Shown here piece by piece: positions 12,301 through 22,548 of a DNA stretch of 32,298 nucleotides. Made by a program: the position numbers and the translations under genes. Each line of letters starts with the position of its first letter. Within the stretch, counting starts at the first letter, position 1. The stretch comes from Reclinomonas americana ATCC 50394 (taxonomy: Eukaryota): NCBI GenBank assembly GCA_048213135.1, contig PS015360.1, positions 41,636-73,933 of the forward strand, written 5' to 3'. The notes beneath the pieces are model-generated. The model did not search any database. It was given only the letters and a program-made list of their open reading frames with translations, and was not told the origin of the DNA.

Positions 12301-13194
12301 TGTGGTGCCGCGCCCTCACACCACTGTTGCCACAAAAAAACAGGCATTGAGATTGTGTCCGTCGCGGGCGAGGTCGACAACGAGTCGGTGTGGCCACTGC
12401 CGCCGTTCAAGTTGTCGAAGAAGGCACGCAAGCGCCGTAACAAGCACAAGATCCGCCCATGGGACAAGCCACCGACGAATGTGGCGGACGAGTTCCCACC
12501 GGGCTCGAAGCGCGTCAAGCTGCCAAAGCGACCGGACGGCTCGGAGCCATTCGCCGACCCGTCGCTGACCGCCGAGCAGCGTCGCGCAATGGACCGCAAG
12601 AGCATGTTTGCTCCCGAGCCATTCCTGCGCACAGTGCCGGGTGAGGGACGCATTGTTCCGACTCCCATTCGCGGCGAGAACAAGATCGAGTTCCGTCTGC
12701 GCTTCTCCAACATTAGCATCAGCGAAATGGTTTGTTTTCTTGGGGAAGCTGTGCTTGCAGTCCCCCGGTTCTTGCGTCGCCTGACCCGTTCTTCCGATGC
12801 GCAGGATAAGATTTACATTGTCGAGCGAGACGAGGGTGCCATTGGCGACTACATCAAGAAGTACCAGTTCGTGCACCCCGCATACCCAGACAAGTTCGAG
12901 TTGTTGCTGCACGTTTACGCCACGCGGTTGCACCGCAAGGGGCACTACAAGGTTTGCATGACGCCAACGGACGATCTGTTCTTGCGCGCATGTCTCACGC
13001 CTCCCCGTCTCTCTCTCTCTCTTTGCAGCTCATCCTCTCCAAGTTCCGCGGCTTCAATCGTTTCGGTGAGTCGACACACGCCACTCCTGTGCTTGTCTGT
13101 GCATTTCAATCTGATATCGTAACTCCCGAAACAAACAGGGCGGGAACGTGACTGGGATCCCGAGTACATTGTGGTGCCATTCACGCTGGCATGA
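9396..13194 (+). CDS. Secreted papain-family (C1A, cathepsin B/TIN-Ag-like) protein with N-terminal cystatin-like domain, Ser at the catalytic Cys position, two EGF-like repeats and a C-terminal extension
   Basis: Signal peptide MRHRAVSLAVTLLLLLICVGALVS. Cystatin motif YYQQ|VVSGIMHYLTV. Protease motifs LPSSFSW, NQKGCGSSWAF, SPQDIVSC..GCSGG, CHPY, GPLAVRFDVFEDLLT|YEKGIY, GPH|AAVILGWG, FWILQNSW|GKHFGEEGIFRI. EGF repeats CKCFCQLGFTGENCD and CENNGTLQQDSCKCKCPIGFRGRSCQ. TGA 13192-13194. Confidence 0.9.
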
Positions 13195-13295
13195 GGCGGC
13201 TCTGGCTGCGTCAATGTCGACGCAGAAACTTCATGTATTGTCATCAAAGTAAACAAAAAGAGAAACACAAGTACAACAGCCGCGAGGGGGAGAAG

Positions 13296-16200
13296 ATGCA
13301 GCAAATTCGACTACCAACCGCTGCGATCAAAACGCAGGTCCATGGGCGACAGCGAGAAGGTGGCCTGCTTCCCTCTTCACTCTGCTCATCACATTCTCTA
13401 AACTCACTTTGCACGTCTTCTTCTCTTCTCTCACACACGCAGCCGGCTTCCGCTCGATTCGCGGTTCCCGCGCTGCCGACCTCACGCGCGGCCTCCAACG
13501 CTCATGCGCGCTCTCGCTCTGCTCCCTCGTCAGCGCGCGATCGCCCACGTGCCTCAGTGCCCTCTGTGGGAACAGCAGCAGCAGCAGCAGCGACCGCGGC
13601 AGCCGCAGGTCGCCCTCGTCGCTCTCCTGTGGCCAGTGGATCACGATCGTCACGAACTCCTCCACTGACCACCAGCCCCGGGCGCAGCGCCAAGGCACTG
13701 GATCGCACGTCACCTGCACGCACACCGTCGCCACCGCGGCCGACTGTCACGTGCGTGCTGAATCTGCAGAAGAGTGCGCTGCTGCACCCACCGATCATTG
13801 ATTTTTCGATGTGTGATGCACACCGCAGTCGCGACTGTCGAGGCATGCTGCCGCAGCCGGTGTGCAGCATGCGCTTGGTGCAGACGCTGCAGGGACATGG
13901 TGATTCGGTCACTGCGGTGGCGTGGCATCCGGCGCAGGCCAACGTGCTGGTCAGTGGCGGGAGAGACAACTCGATGCGCGTGTGGAATTTGGCGGAGGCG
14001 TCGAGTCGTGTGCTGGGCGATCACGCGGCGCCAGTGGATCCAGTGCAGTTCTCAGCCGACGGTGCCGTGCTCGTGTCGGTGGAGGCCAAGACGCAGACTG
14101 TGAAGGTGGGATGGTGATTGTGATTGATGGTGGAAACAAAGTTCAGAGTCTTTACGTTGTGTTTGCGCTTGCAGTTCTGGGACACAGAGGGCTCCATGTG
14201 CACGCGCGCATTCACTGACAATGGTATGTCGGCCGCCGTGTCACCCTCCGGTCAAGTGTACGTTTCGTCGGAGATGGACGGGTGCATTCGCGTGCGAAAC
14301 TTTGCCACGTCGCCTACGGGCGGCAAGGTGGTGGCGACGCTGCGTGGCCACACTCGCGGCCTGCTGCGCATGCGCTTCTCACCGAGTGGCACGCGCCTCT
14401 TGTCGGCTTCGTCCGACAACACGGCGCGTGTGTGGCTCATGCAGAGCCGAGTGTGTCAACATGGTGAGAGAACACAGTGTGCGTGAGGAGCGAGTCAGTG
14501 CAGAACCGCTGACTTTTAGCGTTGCGTGCAGTGCTGGAGGGCCATACGCAGTGGGTGTGGGGTGCTGCGTGGTCACCGTCGGGTCTGCGCATCGCGACCT
14601 CGTCTGGCGACCAGTCGATCCGGCTGTGGGACGCGGTGAGTGCGTGCTGTTCGACCGTGCTCTTCAGCTACATGGCGTGCTCAATCGTCTCGCACAGGTG
14701 TCTGGCGCGTGCGAGTTTGTGCTACTCGGTCACACGGCCGCCATTCGTTTCGTAGAGTTTTCTCCCAGCGGAGAACACGTGTTGTCGAGCTGTTGCGTCC
14801 TGCGTGTACTCGGCTGCGTTTGCCACTCTCACCTGCGCTCACCACGGACACCGATTCGCGCAGCCGACGATCACAGCTTGCGCCTGTGGTCGGCCGACAC
14901 GGGTGAGTACGTGGCACACATTGGTGGTCTGTGCACGAGCATTTCGTGGAGCCCGGCGGGGAATCGGTTCGCGGCGGCAACCGAGTGCGACATTTCCGTG
15001 TTTCAAGTGGACGGTGCCCGAGGTCCGTCGCCCCTCGCCTCACCTCCAAAGACACCTTTCCTCTCTTTCTCAAGGCCGTACTTCCCAACTGCAGTGTCGG
15101 TGGATGCGGTGCCTGTGCTGCGGCAAGTCCGTGGCACCGATCAGTGCGGACAGTTTGTGGTGCTGGAGTGGAATCAGGCGAGTTTGCCGGCTGGCGCCGA
15201 ACTGCGACTGGTGCACCAGTTCCGCCACTATTCTCCTGGTGCGAGCACGCGTGCATCATGTGGTGTCCCCGGCTTCCGCTCGCCTCTCATCTCACTCTTA
15301 CCCCGCGCTCATAGCACCGCTGCCGGTCGTGTTCCTCCCAACTGGGCAATCAGGGTGGTTTGGCTGTGTGGTGTCGGTCGTCGGTGACGGCGTGCATCGC
15401 TTCCGGTTGGAGGCTCGCCGTACGTCAGCGTCCTCGTCAGTGACGGCTGCTGCAGCAGCAGCAAACGGTAGGGCGCCCCCCTTCACGACAGTGGACGCGA
15501 CCTCCTCCAGCAACACTGGCCTCTCGTTCACCAGCGACGACGACGACACCGCCCATGGCTCGTTTACTCCCATTGAAAGCCTCATGACAGAGGCTTCCAC
15601 TGTATCCACGGACAAGCATGACGATAGTTTGGGCGATGGTGCCGGCATCGGCGAGGACAGCGAAGACATGCTCACGTGGGTTCCAGGCCAGTGGCTCGAC
15701 GTGGAGTGCCACACGTGTTGCGTCGCCCGCTGCCAACTGCACCTTCATGCGATAGCTGTCCACCAACCGCCTTGCGCACAGCATTCCTGACTCTGGAGGC
15801 GCTCTCTGTGACGAGTTTCGGTGCACTGATCACGTGGGACTCGGCGGTGTTTCGCGTGCTGCCCCACTTGTGCCCGTGGCTCTTTGATGCGGAAACGGGC
15901 GAGCCGCTGGAGACGTGGTGCCCGCACACGACTTGCCATGTCGACTGCCGCGTGCTCAGTCTGCCGGATCGTGCCGTGATTCAGACGCTGAACGATGTGG
16001 CGTCGTCGGCGGGGCGCTTCGAGGTGGACCGCTTGCTGCCCGATTACGGTACGCACGGAAACGCAATCGAGGTGCTTCATATGCATGTTCTGATTTCTGG
16101 TGTGCATGCTCGTGTGCAGAGTATCGGGCAGAGGTGCGCCTTGCCGGTGTGCACGGCGTCGTGCCCGACGTGGTGGTCTTCCGCACCACGGCCTTGCCCG

Positions 16201-16898
16201 AGAGCGATCTCGCGCAGCTGCCGCCAGTCACCGAACGTGCACGATCTGTTATTCGTGCCATGGCCCCACTGGTGGAGCATGCCAACTTGCCAATGTCGCC
16301 GTCGCCACTGGGAGTTGCAGCACTGTCGCCACGGCCACCACCCGCAGCAATGATCCGCGACCAGCTGGCGGAGCTGGATACGTGGGCGATGCAGCAGGCG
16401 CCGACCGCCGATCTCTGTCGGCGTCTGCTCCAGCGCAGCGAAAGTGCCACCGTGCAGTTGCCACCGTCGTCAGCCGACGCAAGCGCTCGCGTGGTGGAGC
16501 TGGCAGTGGAGCACTGCCGACGAGTGCGCGATCACGATGAAGATCCGCACCTCGAAGCCTGGTCGCAGCTCGAGCACGCCGCGCGAGCCGACGCCGCCGC
16601 TGCTGCAGCCGCCGCTCAGAGCCTACAGGCCGGCAGTGTGACCGAGCTCGCCAAGGACATCAACGCGGCGCGTCGAGCCGCCGAGGTGCACCGCGACTTT
16701 TTGCAGCGCGAAATCAGCCGCCTCGATCGCCAGCTGCTGTACATGGACGCCCTGGAGAGACTAATCGCCAGTCAGAGTGCGGATCGGACCTCGCGGCAGC
16801 AAGCTGTGCTGCAGGAACGGGCGCAGGCGCTCGAGGAAGTGGCTGCGTGCGCCGCCGACTGTAGACACATTGTCAGAGGCGAAGGCGGGACTGAGTGA
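13296..16898 (+). CDS. WD40-repeat / FN3-like / coiled-coil protein (paralog B of 4810-9323); exact 3' end uncertain
   Basis: [117 protein letters not shown]. Post-WD segments are collinear with paralog A ([11 protein letters not shown] / DDCGSCLVVEF; WVPGQW / WSEGQW; RLLPDY|EYR / RLLPGTRYR). A further intron near 16846-16932 could shift the stop. Confidence 0.85.
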
Positions 16899-17226
16899 AT
16901 GAACTGATTTCATCTTGGATAACACGAGGCAGGTGAGAGGATACGCAGCGAGTATCTGTGCGGCATGCATGTGTGTGTGCGCGTCGGTTTGCGTTGTGTT
17001 TGGCGTGCGTGTGCAGGAGTGCGAGATGGCACACACGCACAAGACATGGTTGTCTGCCTCTCTCTCCCTCGCCCTTTCTCACACGCACGCACACCCTCGC
17101 CTTCTGCCTGCTCTCGCTCTCTCCTTCACACTCGTGTGGGGCAGTGGTGGATGCGAGTGAGCATTTGTGTTGTGTGTGTTCTGTGGTCTAATGACGAATT
17201 TGATGATGATGCAGAGAGAGAGAGGG

Positions 17227-18309
17227 ATGAGCAGTCGCAGCAGTAGCGCAGGCAGTGCGTCGACCATGGATGGCAGTGGCGCAGTTGTCGCCAATGCGGA
17301 GGCTGCGGGAGCTGCCGCGCGTGTGCCAGCCACCAACGGAGCCGCTGCCGGAGGCAATGACAGCAGCGCCGATGAGGCACATGCGAGTGCGAGTGCAGGT
17401 GGACAGGGAGCGGGTGGCAGTGCACCGGTGATGCTGGCGCAGGCGGTGCAGCAGGCACCGGGTGCACACTCGTCAACAGCCATGTTCTCGTCGGTGGCGA
17501 GGGCGGCGTCGCCGCTGGAGGATCCGCTGTTTGGTCGCGCGCATGAGTTGGAGTTGATTGCGCAAAAGGCTGAGGTGGCGGCCGCCAGTGGAAAGCCGTT
17601 TGTGTTGGTGTTGAGGTGCGTGCGTGTGTGTGTGTGTGTGTATGGGTGTGTCTTGCTCGTGTGCATGGTGATGTTATTTTCACACTTTGCTGCAGTGCAC
17701 CGGGTGGCTTTGGTAAGACCAAGCTGGCGTATGCAGCGTGGAACATCCTGCTGCAGTGGTTCACGGGGCCGAAGCTGTGGGCGCGTCTTCGTGGCCAGCA
17801 TCACTTGCGAGTTTCGTCACCATTGTCGCGTGTCTGTCTGTGCACTCGGTTGTGTGAGATTAACGAATGTCCTTCGCTCGCCATCAGATGGATGGCATCC
17901 TGACCGAGCTGCTCATGTCCTACGACTCCAAGTCCACCGACACGCTGAAGAAGTCAATGGAGCAGAAGATGAGCATGTACAGAGAGTTGCGTCGTGTCTC
18001 GTCGTGTGCTGTCGTTTCCCCAATGTGTGGTGGTCGTTGACACGCTGGGTGAACTTTGCAGACTGGTGAGCAAGAAGGGGCTGGTGCTTCTCGACCACGT
18101 GCATCAGCTGTCGGCAATCGACGAACTCGTCCGGGCACCCGACGCCAACTCGGCGTTCCTGGTGACTACGCGCGAGGATGTGTCGGAGATTCACGTGGTG
18201 GACATGGTGCGTCACATTTGTGTTATATTGCGCGCGCGCGCGTGTGTGTGTGTGTGTGTGTGTGGAGAGAGTGCTCACGCATGCATCGCAGGAGGCCTTG
18301 GTGATCCCA
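17227..18309 (+). CDS. STAND-class P-loop NTPase (NB-ARC-like), 3'-partial, runs into assembly gap
   Basis: After an Ala/Gly/Ser-rich leader: 'LFGRAHELELI' (FxGR..E motif), Walker A 'VLVLS|APGGFGKTKLA', Walker B 'GLVLLDHV', sensor-1 'SAFLVTTR'. Four GT-AG introns. Confidence 0.8.
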
Positions 18310-19031
18310 NNNNNNNNNNNNNNNNNNNNNNNNNNNNNNNNNNNNNNNNNNNNNNNNNNNNNNNNNNNNNNNNNNNNNNNNNNNNNNNNNNNNNNNNNNN
18401 NNNNNNNNNNNNNNNNNNNNNNNNNNNNNNNNNNNNNNNNNNNNNNNNNNNNNNNNNNNNNNNNNNNNNNNNNNNNNNNNNNNNNNNNNNNNNNNNNNNN
18501 NNNNNNNNNNNNNNNNNNNNNNNNNNNNNNNNNNNNNNNNNNNNNNNNNNNNNNNNNNNNNNNNNNNNNNNNNNNNNNNNNNNNNNNNNNNNNNNNNNNN
18601 NNNNNNNNNNNNNNNNNNNNNNNNNNNNNNNNNNNNNNNNNNNNNNNNNNNNNNNNNNNNNNNNNNNNNNNNNNNNNNNNNNNNNNNNNNNNNNNNNNNN
18701 NNNNNNNNNNNNNNNNNNNNNNNNNNNNNNNNNNNNNNNNNNNNNNNNNNNNNNNNNNNNNNNNNNNNNNNNNNNNNNNNNNNNNNNNNNNNNNNNNNNN
18801 NNNNNNNNNNNNNNNNNNNNNNNNNNNNNNNNNNNNNNNNNNNNNNNNNNNNNNNNNNNNNNNNNNNNNNNNNNNNNNNNNNNNNNNNNNNNNNNNNNNN
18901 NNNNNNNNNNNNNNNNNNNNNNNNNNNNNNNNNNNNNNNNNNNNNNNNNNNNNNNNNNNNNNNNNNNNNNNNNNNNNNNNNNNNNNNNNNNNNNNNNNNN
19001 NNNNNNNNNNNNNNNNNNNNNNNNNNNNNNN
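18310..19031. other. Assembly gap (722 N)
   Basis: Run of N, with microsatellite tracts nearby on both sides. Confidence 1.
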
Positions 19032-19038
19032 TGGAGCG

Positions 19039-19042
<4 letters not shown>

Positions 19043-19081
<39 letters not shown>
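19043..19081. repeat. (CT)n microsatellite in the intron next to the gap
   Basis: About 19 CT units directly visible. Confidence 0.95.
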
Positions 19082-19083
<2 letters not shown>

Positions 19084-19128
19084 CCACCACATGTTATGTT
19101 CGGAAATCATCACTTGCTGCATGCGCAG

Positions 19129-20142
19129 CCACTCGTCTCACCGGCGCTCTCTGCTTCTTCGTGTGGATGTCGGGATTCGCACTGTACACGTTGGATGAGT
19201 GGATCATTCATCGCGTTCTGTTCCACATGGTGGCGCTCGTTGCGTTTTCGCCCACCACAACTGTCATGCATCCTCGTCGCTGTGACAACTGACGGACGTG
19301 CGCACGCGTGCAGAAAGCCAAGTGGCCCGACCGCATCTACTACATTGTGCACGGGCGGCATCACAAGAAGCCGGACGAATACGATCGCGTCGTGCTGCCG
19401 GTGGCACACCAGTGGGTGCTGGTGTTCATCATGACCACGTTCTTCCACAGTGCGTTCACTCACTGCATGAGATGCGATCCGGATCACTGGTGAGGCTGAC
19501 ATGCGTGTCGACGTGCAGTTGCCTTGATCTTGCCGCTCGGTGGTGTCTTTACGCACACGTGCGCTCTCGGATCTGGCATGATGGCCGGCTACCTCTTCTA
19601 CGAGATTGTGCATCTGTACTCGCACCAGCATCCGCTGATCATGGCGGTGCCATTCTTCCGCTTCCTCGAATCGTCGCGTGATTACCACGGCTTCCACCAC
19701 CACGGCGACTCGTCCAAGGCGTACGGCTTTTGTTGCGTACTTGTGCTATTCACGGTGGCGTGTTCTTTCTTACTCATTCGATGCAACGAATAGGCTCGCC
19801 GGTGTGGGACTGGGTGTTTGGCACCATTCCGAATGTGTGTGGCCTTTCGAAGCCATCGTTGTCTCACGCGACACGCAACTCATTCTCGTCGTTGCTACAG
19901 GACCCGCATCTCAATCCGTTCTCCCTGTCGGCCATGAACACAATCCCCGGCTTCCTCGCCGCCCTGCCGCTGCCCATTCCATTCTACCACTGGCTGATGA
20001 TGTCATGGGCCGATGTGCCGGCCACCAAGGTGCCACTGTCCACCAAGTTGCGTCTCTCCACTCCTCTTCACAGTCACCGTGTGTGCACCTGACACTGACT
20101 CATTTTATCCCCTGCACCGAGCACAGATCGGTCACCGAGTGA
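19129..20142 (+). CDS. Fatty acid hydroxylase superfamily (FA2H/Scs7-like) membrane di-metal domain, 5'-partial (upstream exons in gap)
   Basis: Four His boxes after splicing: YTLDEWIIHRVLFH, IVHGRHHKKP, YEIVHLYSH, DYHGFHHH, followed by YGF|CSPVWDWVFGT. Hydrophobic TM segments between them. Last exon ends TGA 20140-20142. Confidence 0.9.
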
Positions 20143-20157
20143 CCCAATTGTTCTGCG

Positions 20158-20731
20158 NNNNNNNNNNNNNNNNNNNNNNNNNNNNNNNNNNNNNNNNNNN
20201 NNNNNNNNNNNNNNNNNNNNNNNNNNNNNNNNNNNNNNNNNNNNNNNNNNNNNNNNNNNNNNNNNNNNNNNNNNNNNNNNNNNNNNNNNNNNNNNNNNNN
20301 NNNNNNNNNNNNNNNNNNNNNNNNNNNNNNNNNNNNNNNNNNNNNNNNNNNNNNNNNNNNNNNNNNNNNNNNNNNNNNNNNNNNNNNNNNNNNNNNNNNN
20401 NNNNNNNNNNNNNNNNNNNNNNNNNNNNNNNNNNNNNNNNNNNNNNNNNNNNNNNNNNNNNNNNNNNNNNNNNNNNNNNNNNNNNNNNNNNNNNNNNNNN
20501 NNNNNNNNNNNNNNNNNNNNNNNNNNNNNNNNNNNNNNNNNNNNNNNNNNNNNNNNNNNNNNNNNNNNNNNNNNNNNNNNNNNNNNNNNNNNNNNNNNNN
20601 NNNNNNNNNNNNNNNNNNNNNNNNNNNNNNNNNNNNNNNNNNNNNNNNNNNNNNNNNNNNNNNNNNNNNNNNNNNNNNNNNNNNNNNNNNNNNNNNNNNN
20701 NNNNNNNNNNNNNNNNNNNNNNNNNNNNNNN
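20158..20731. other. Assembly gap (574 N)
   Basis: Run of N followed directly by a (CA)n tract. Confidence 1.
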
Positions 20732-21006
20732 ACACACACACAGACACGCTATGGGTGCGTCTCTCTCACACACCTTGATGCCCATGGGAGCTCTCTGCAG
20801 CAACAAGAGTGTCGACAATCACGCGCGTCCTGCACAACTCGTCGCGATTGTCGGATGAACTTCAGCTGCGTGTGGTACTCGTTTCTCTCTCTCTCTCTCT
20901 CCACCTTGCACATCTTCCCTTATTTTGACGATCAGAGTGAAGCGCGTGGAGCCCATCGAGACACGACTCTCACTTAAGCGCATACAATAATACAACAACG
21001 CGCGCC

Positions 21007-22456
21007 CTACAGCACAGCGCAGCAGCCTCCACCACCCACACGACCGGGAGCGGGTCGAGGAGTTGGCATTCGCATGTCGGGATTCAAAAACGCCTGCTTC
21101 GTATGAGTGAGTCGACTTATTGCAATTGCAGCAGCAACAGACGCGAGTGGCGACGCAACAAGCACGGCTGCATCGAACACGTCCTTGATGCCTACAAAGT
21201 CGAGCGCACTGCACTCCACAAATGCCACCGCGCCGATTGCCCGCGCACACTGGTCGCCCTCGGCGGTTTGCACCTGCGGCGGCCTGGGACTGTCGGCCGT
21301 ATGTCGCAAATCGATCTTGGTGGCCACCAGCACCACCTTGGGCGTTGTCGTCCGTTGCTTCAACTCGGGCAACCACTGCACGATGATGAGAAGAAGGGGA
21401 GAGGCGACGATGATGCGCACAGCAAAACATGCATACCACGTCGGTGATATTGGCAAACGAGGCTCGGTTGTCGACACTGTAGCACAAGACGAACACATCG
21501 GCCTCCTCGTACGCCACTCGCCGCAGTCGAGCTGGTGCGAACAGTGTGTGTGAGAGAGAGCGAGAGACAAGGAGCGAAATAGGTCCACAAGCGCACACAC
21601 CGAAATCCTCTTGCCCTGTGTATGTATGTGTGTGCGCACGCAGCGAGTAAGCAACCACGCAAGCCACTGGTGAGCAGAGAAGACAGAGACAGGGAAGGAG
21701 AGCACACTCACCGCCCGTGTCATGCAACACAATATCCAAACTATCGGCTGCAGATGTTGGTGCGCTGCGCTCCCACCATCAGTGAGAGAGAGAGAGAGAG
21801 AAGCGGGCAGAGAGAGACACGAGCACACCTCGGCTGCTCGCCCTCTTTCCACGCAGTCATTGGAGGAACTTGCACCGAAGGAGTCCTGATGATAATCATC
21901 ATTGCCGTGAGTGAACATAACGACATAACAACAGCCGTGTGTTGCATGCGCGCAACGTTGCCTCCAGCTCTGTTCTGTTAAGAGGGACGTTGACCGTGTA
22001 CACTGTGTGTGTGGAAGCGCACGTGTGTGAGAGAGAGAGAGAGAGACTGCATGCGTGATGATGACAACAATCCAACCACTGCAGCACAGGCGGGAAGTCA
22101 GTCATCTCATCACATGCACACTCACTCTCTCACTCAGACACACTGTGTCGCACGCAACTCGAGCACTGTGGGAGCAAAGGCACGACCGGCGTCGGTGAAC
22201 TCCTCCGTCAGGCGACCGCGCAAGTATGACAGCAAGAGACACGTTTTGCCTGCGAGAGCACACGCTGTGTGTGAGTTGCCTCTGTCACATGCGCTCTTGG
22301 TGAGCACAGGCACAGACCAACAGAGCCATCGCCGACAACAACGCCTGTGAGGAGAGCAGTGTGAGTGCCCTCTCTGTGCTCTCTCTCTCTCTCTCTCCTT
22401 GTCACCACGCAACAGTTGAATGAGGGCGGAGGCTGAGCAGCAGCTGTTTCTGCCAT
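21007..22456 (-). CDS. Rho-family small GTPase (atypical, ~11 exons), CaaX-prenylated
   Basis: Spliced: MAETAAAQPPPSFNC|VVVGDGSVG|KTCLLLSY...FAPTVLD|V|YTVNV...LDIVLHDTGG|QEDFA|RLRRVAYEEADVFVLCYSVDNRASFANITDV|WLPEL...VVLVATKIDLR...FVECSAL...VFDAAVL|AFLNP...GGGGCCAVL*. G1-G5 boxes and C-terminal CAVL present. Confidence 0.92.
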
Positions 22457-22548
22457 GTTCCGCTCCACAACAACAGAGAAAGAGTGATGGAAGGACGGCG
22501 GACACTTTTTGTACGTGTGGTTTGCATTAAAAAGGAAAATCGTCACTC

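Noticed and set aside
16899-17226. Read-through fusion of WD40 paralog B to the NB-ARC gene
   Set aside because: A candidate intron ending at 16932 exists, but I could not build a convincing open exon chain through the microsatellite-rich spacer.
17994-20858. Long ORFs containing X runs (e.g. 17994-19292, 18178-19434, 20013-20858)
   Set aside because: Artefacts of translating N gaps.
20732-21006. Possible small gene after the second gap (ATG near 20750)
   Set aside because: No motif or credible exon structure; more likely 3' UTR/intergenic DNA between convergent genes.
22069-22078. 10-nt version of the Rho microexon (TGGTTGGATT|GTTGTC)
   Set aside because: Ends in phase 0 and is out of frame with the downstream TG TAC exon.
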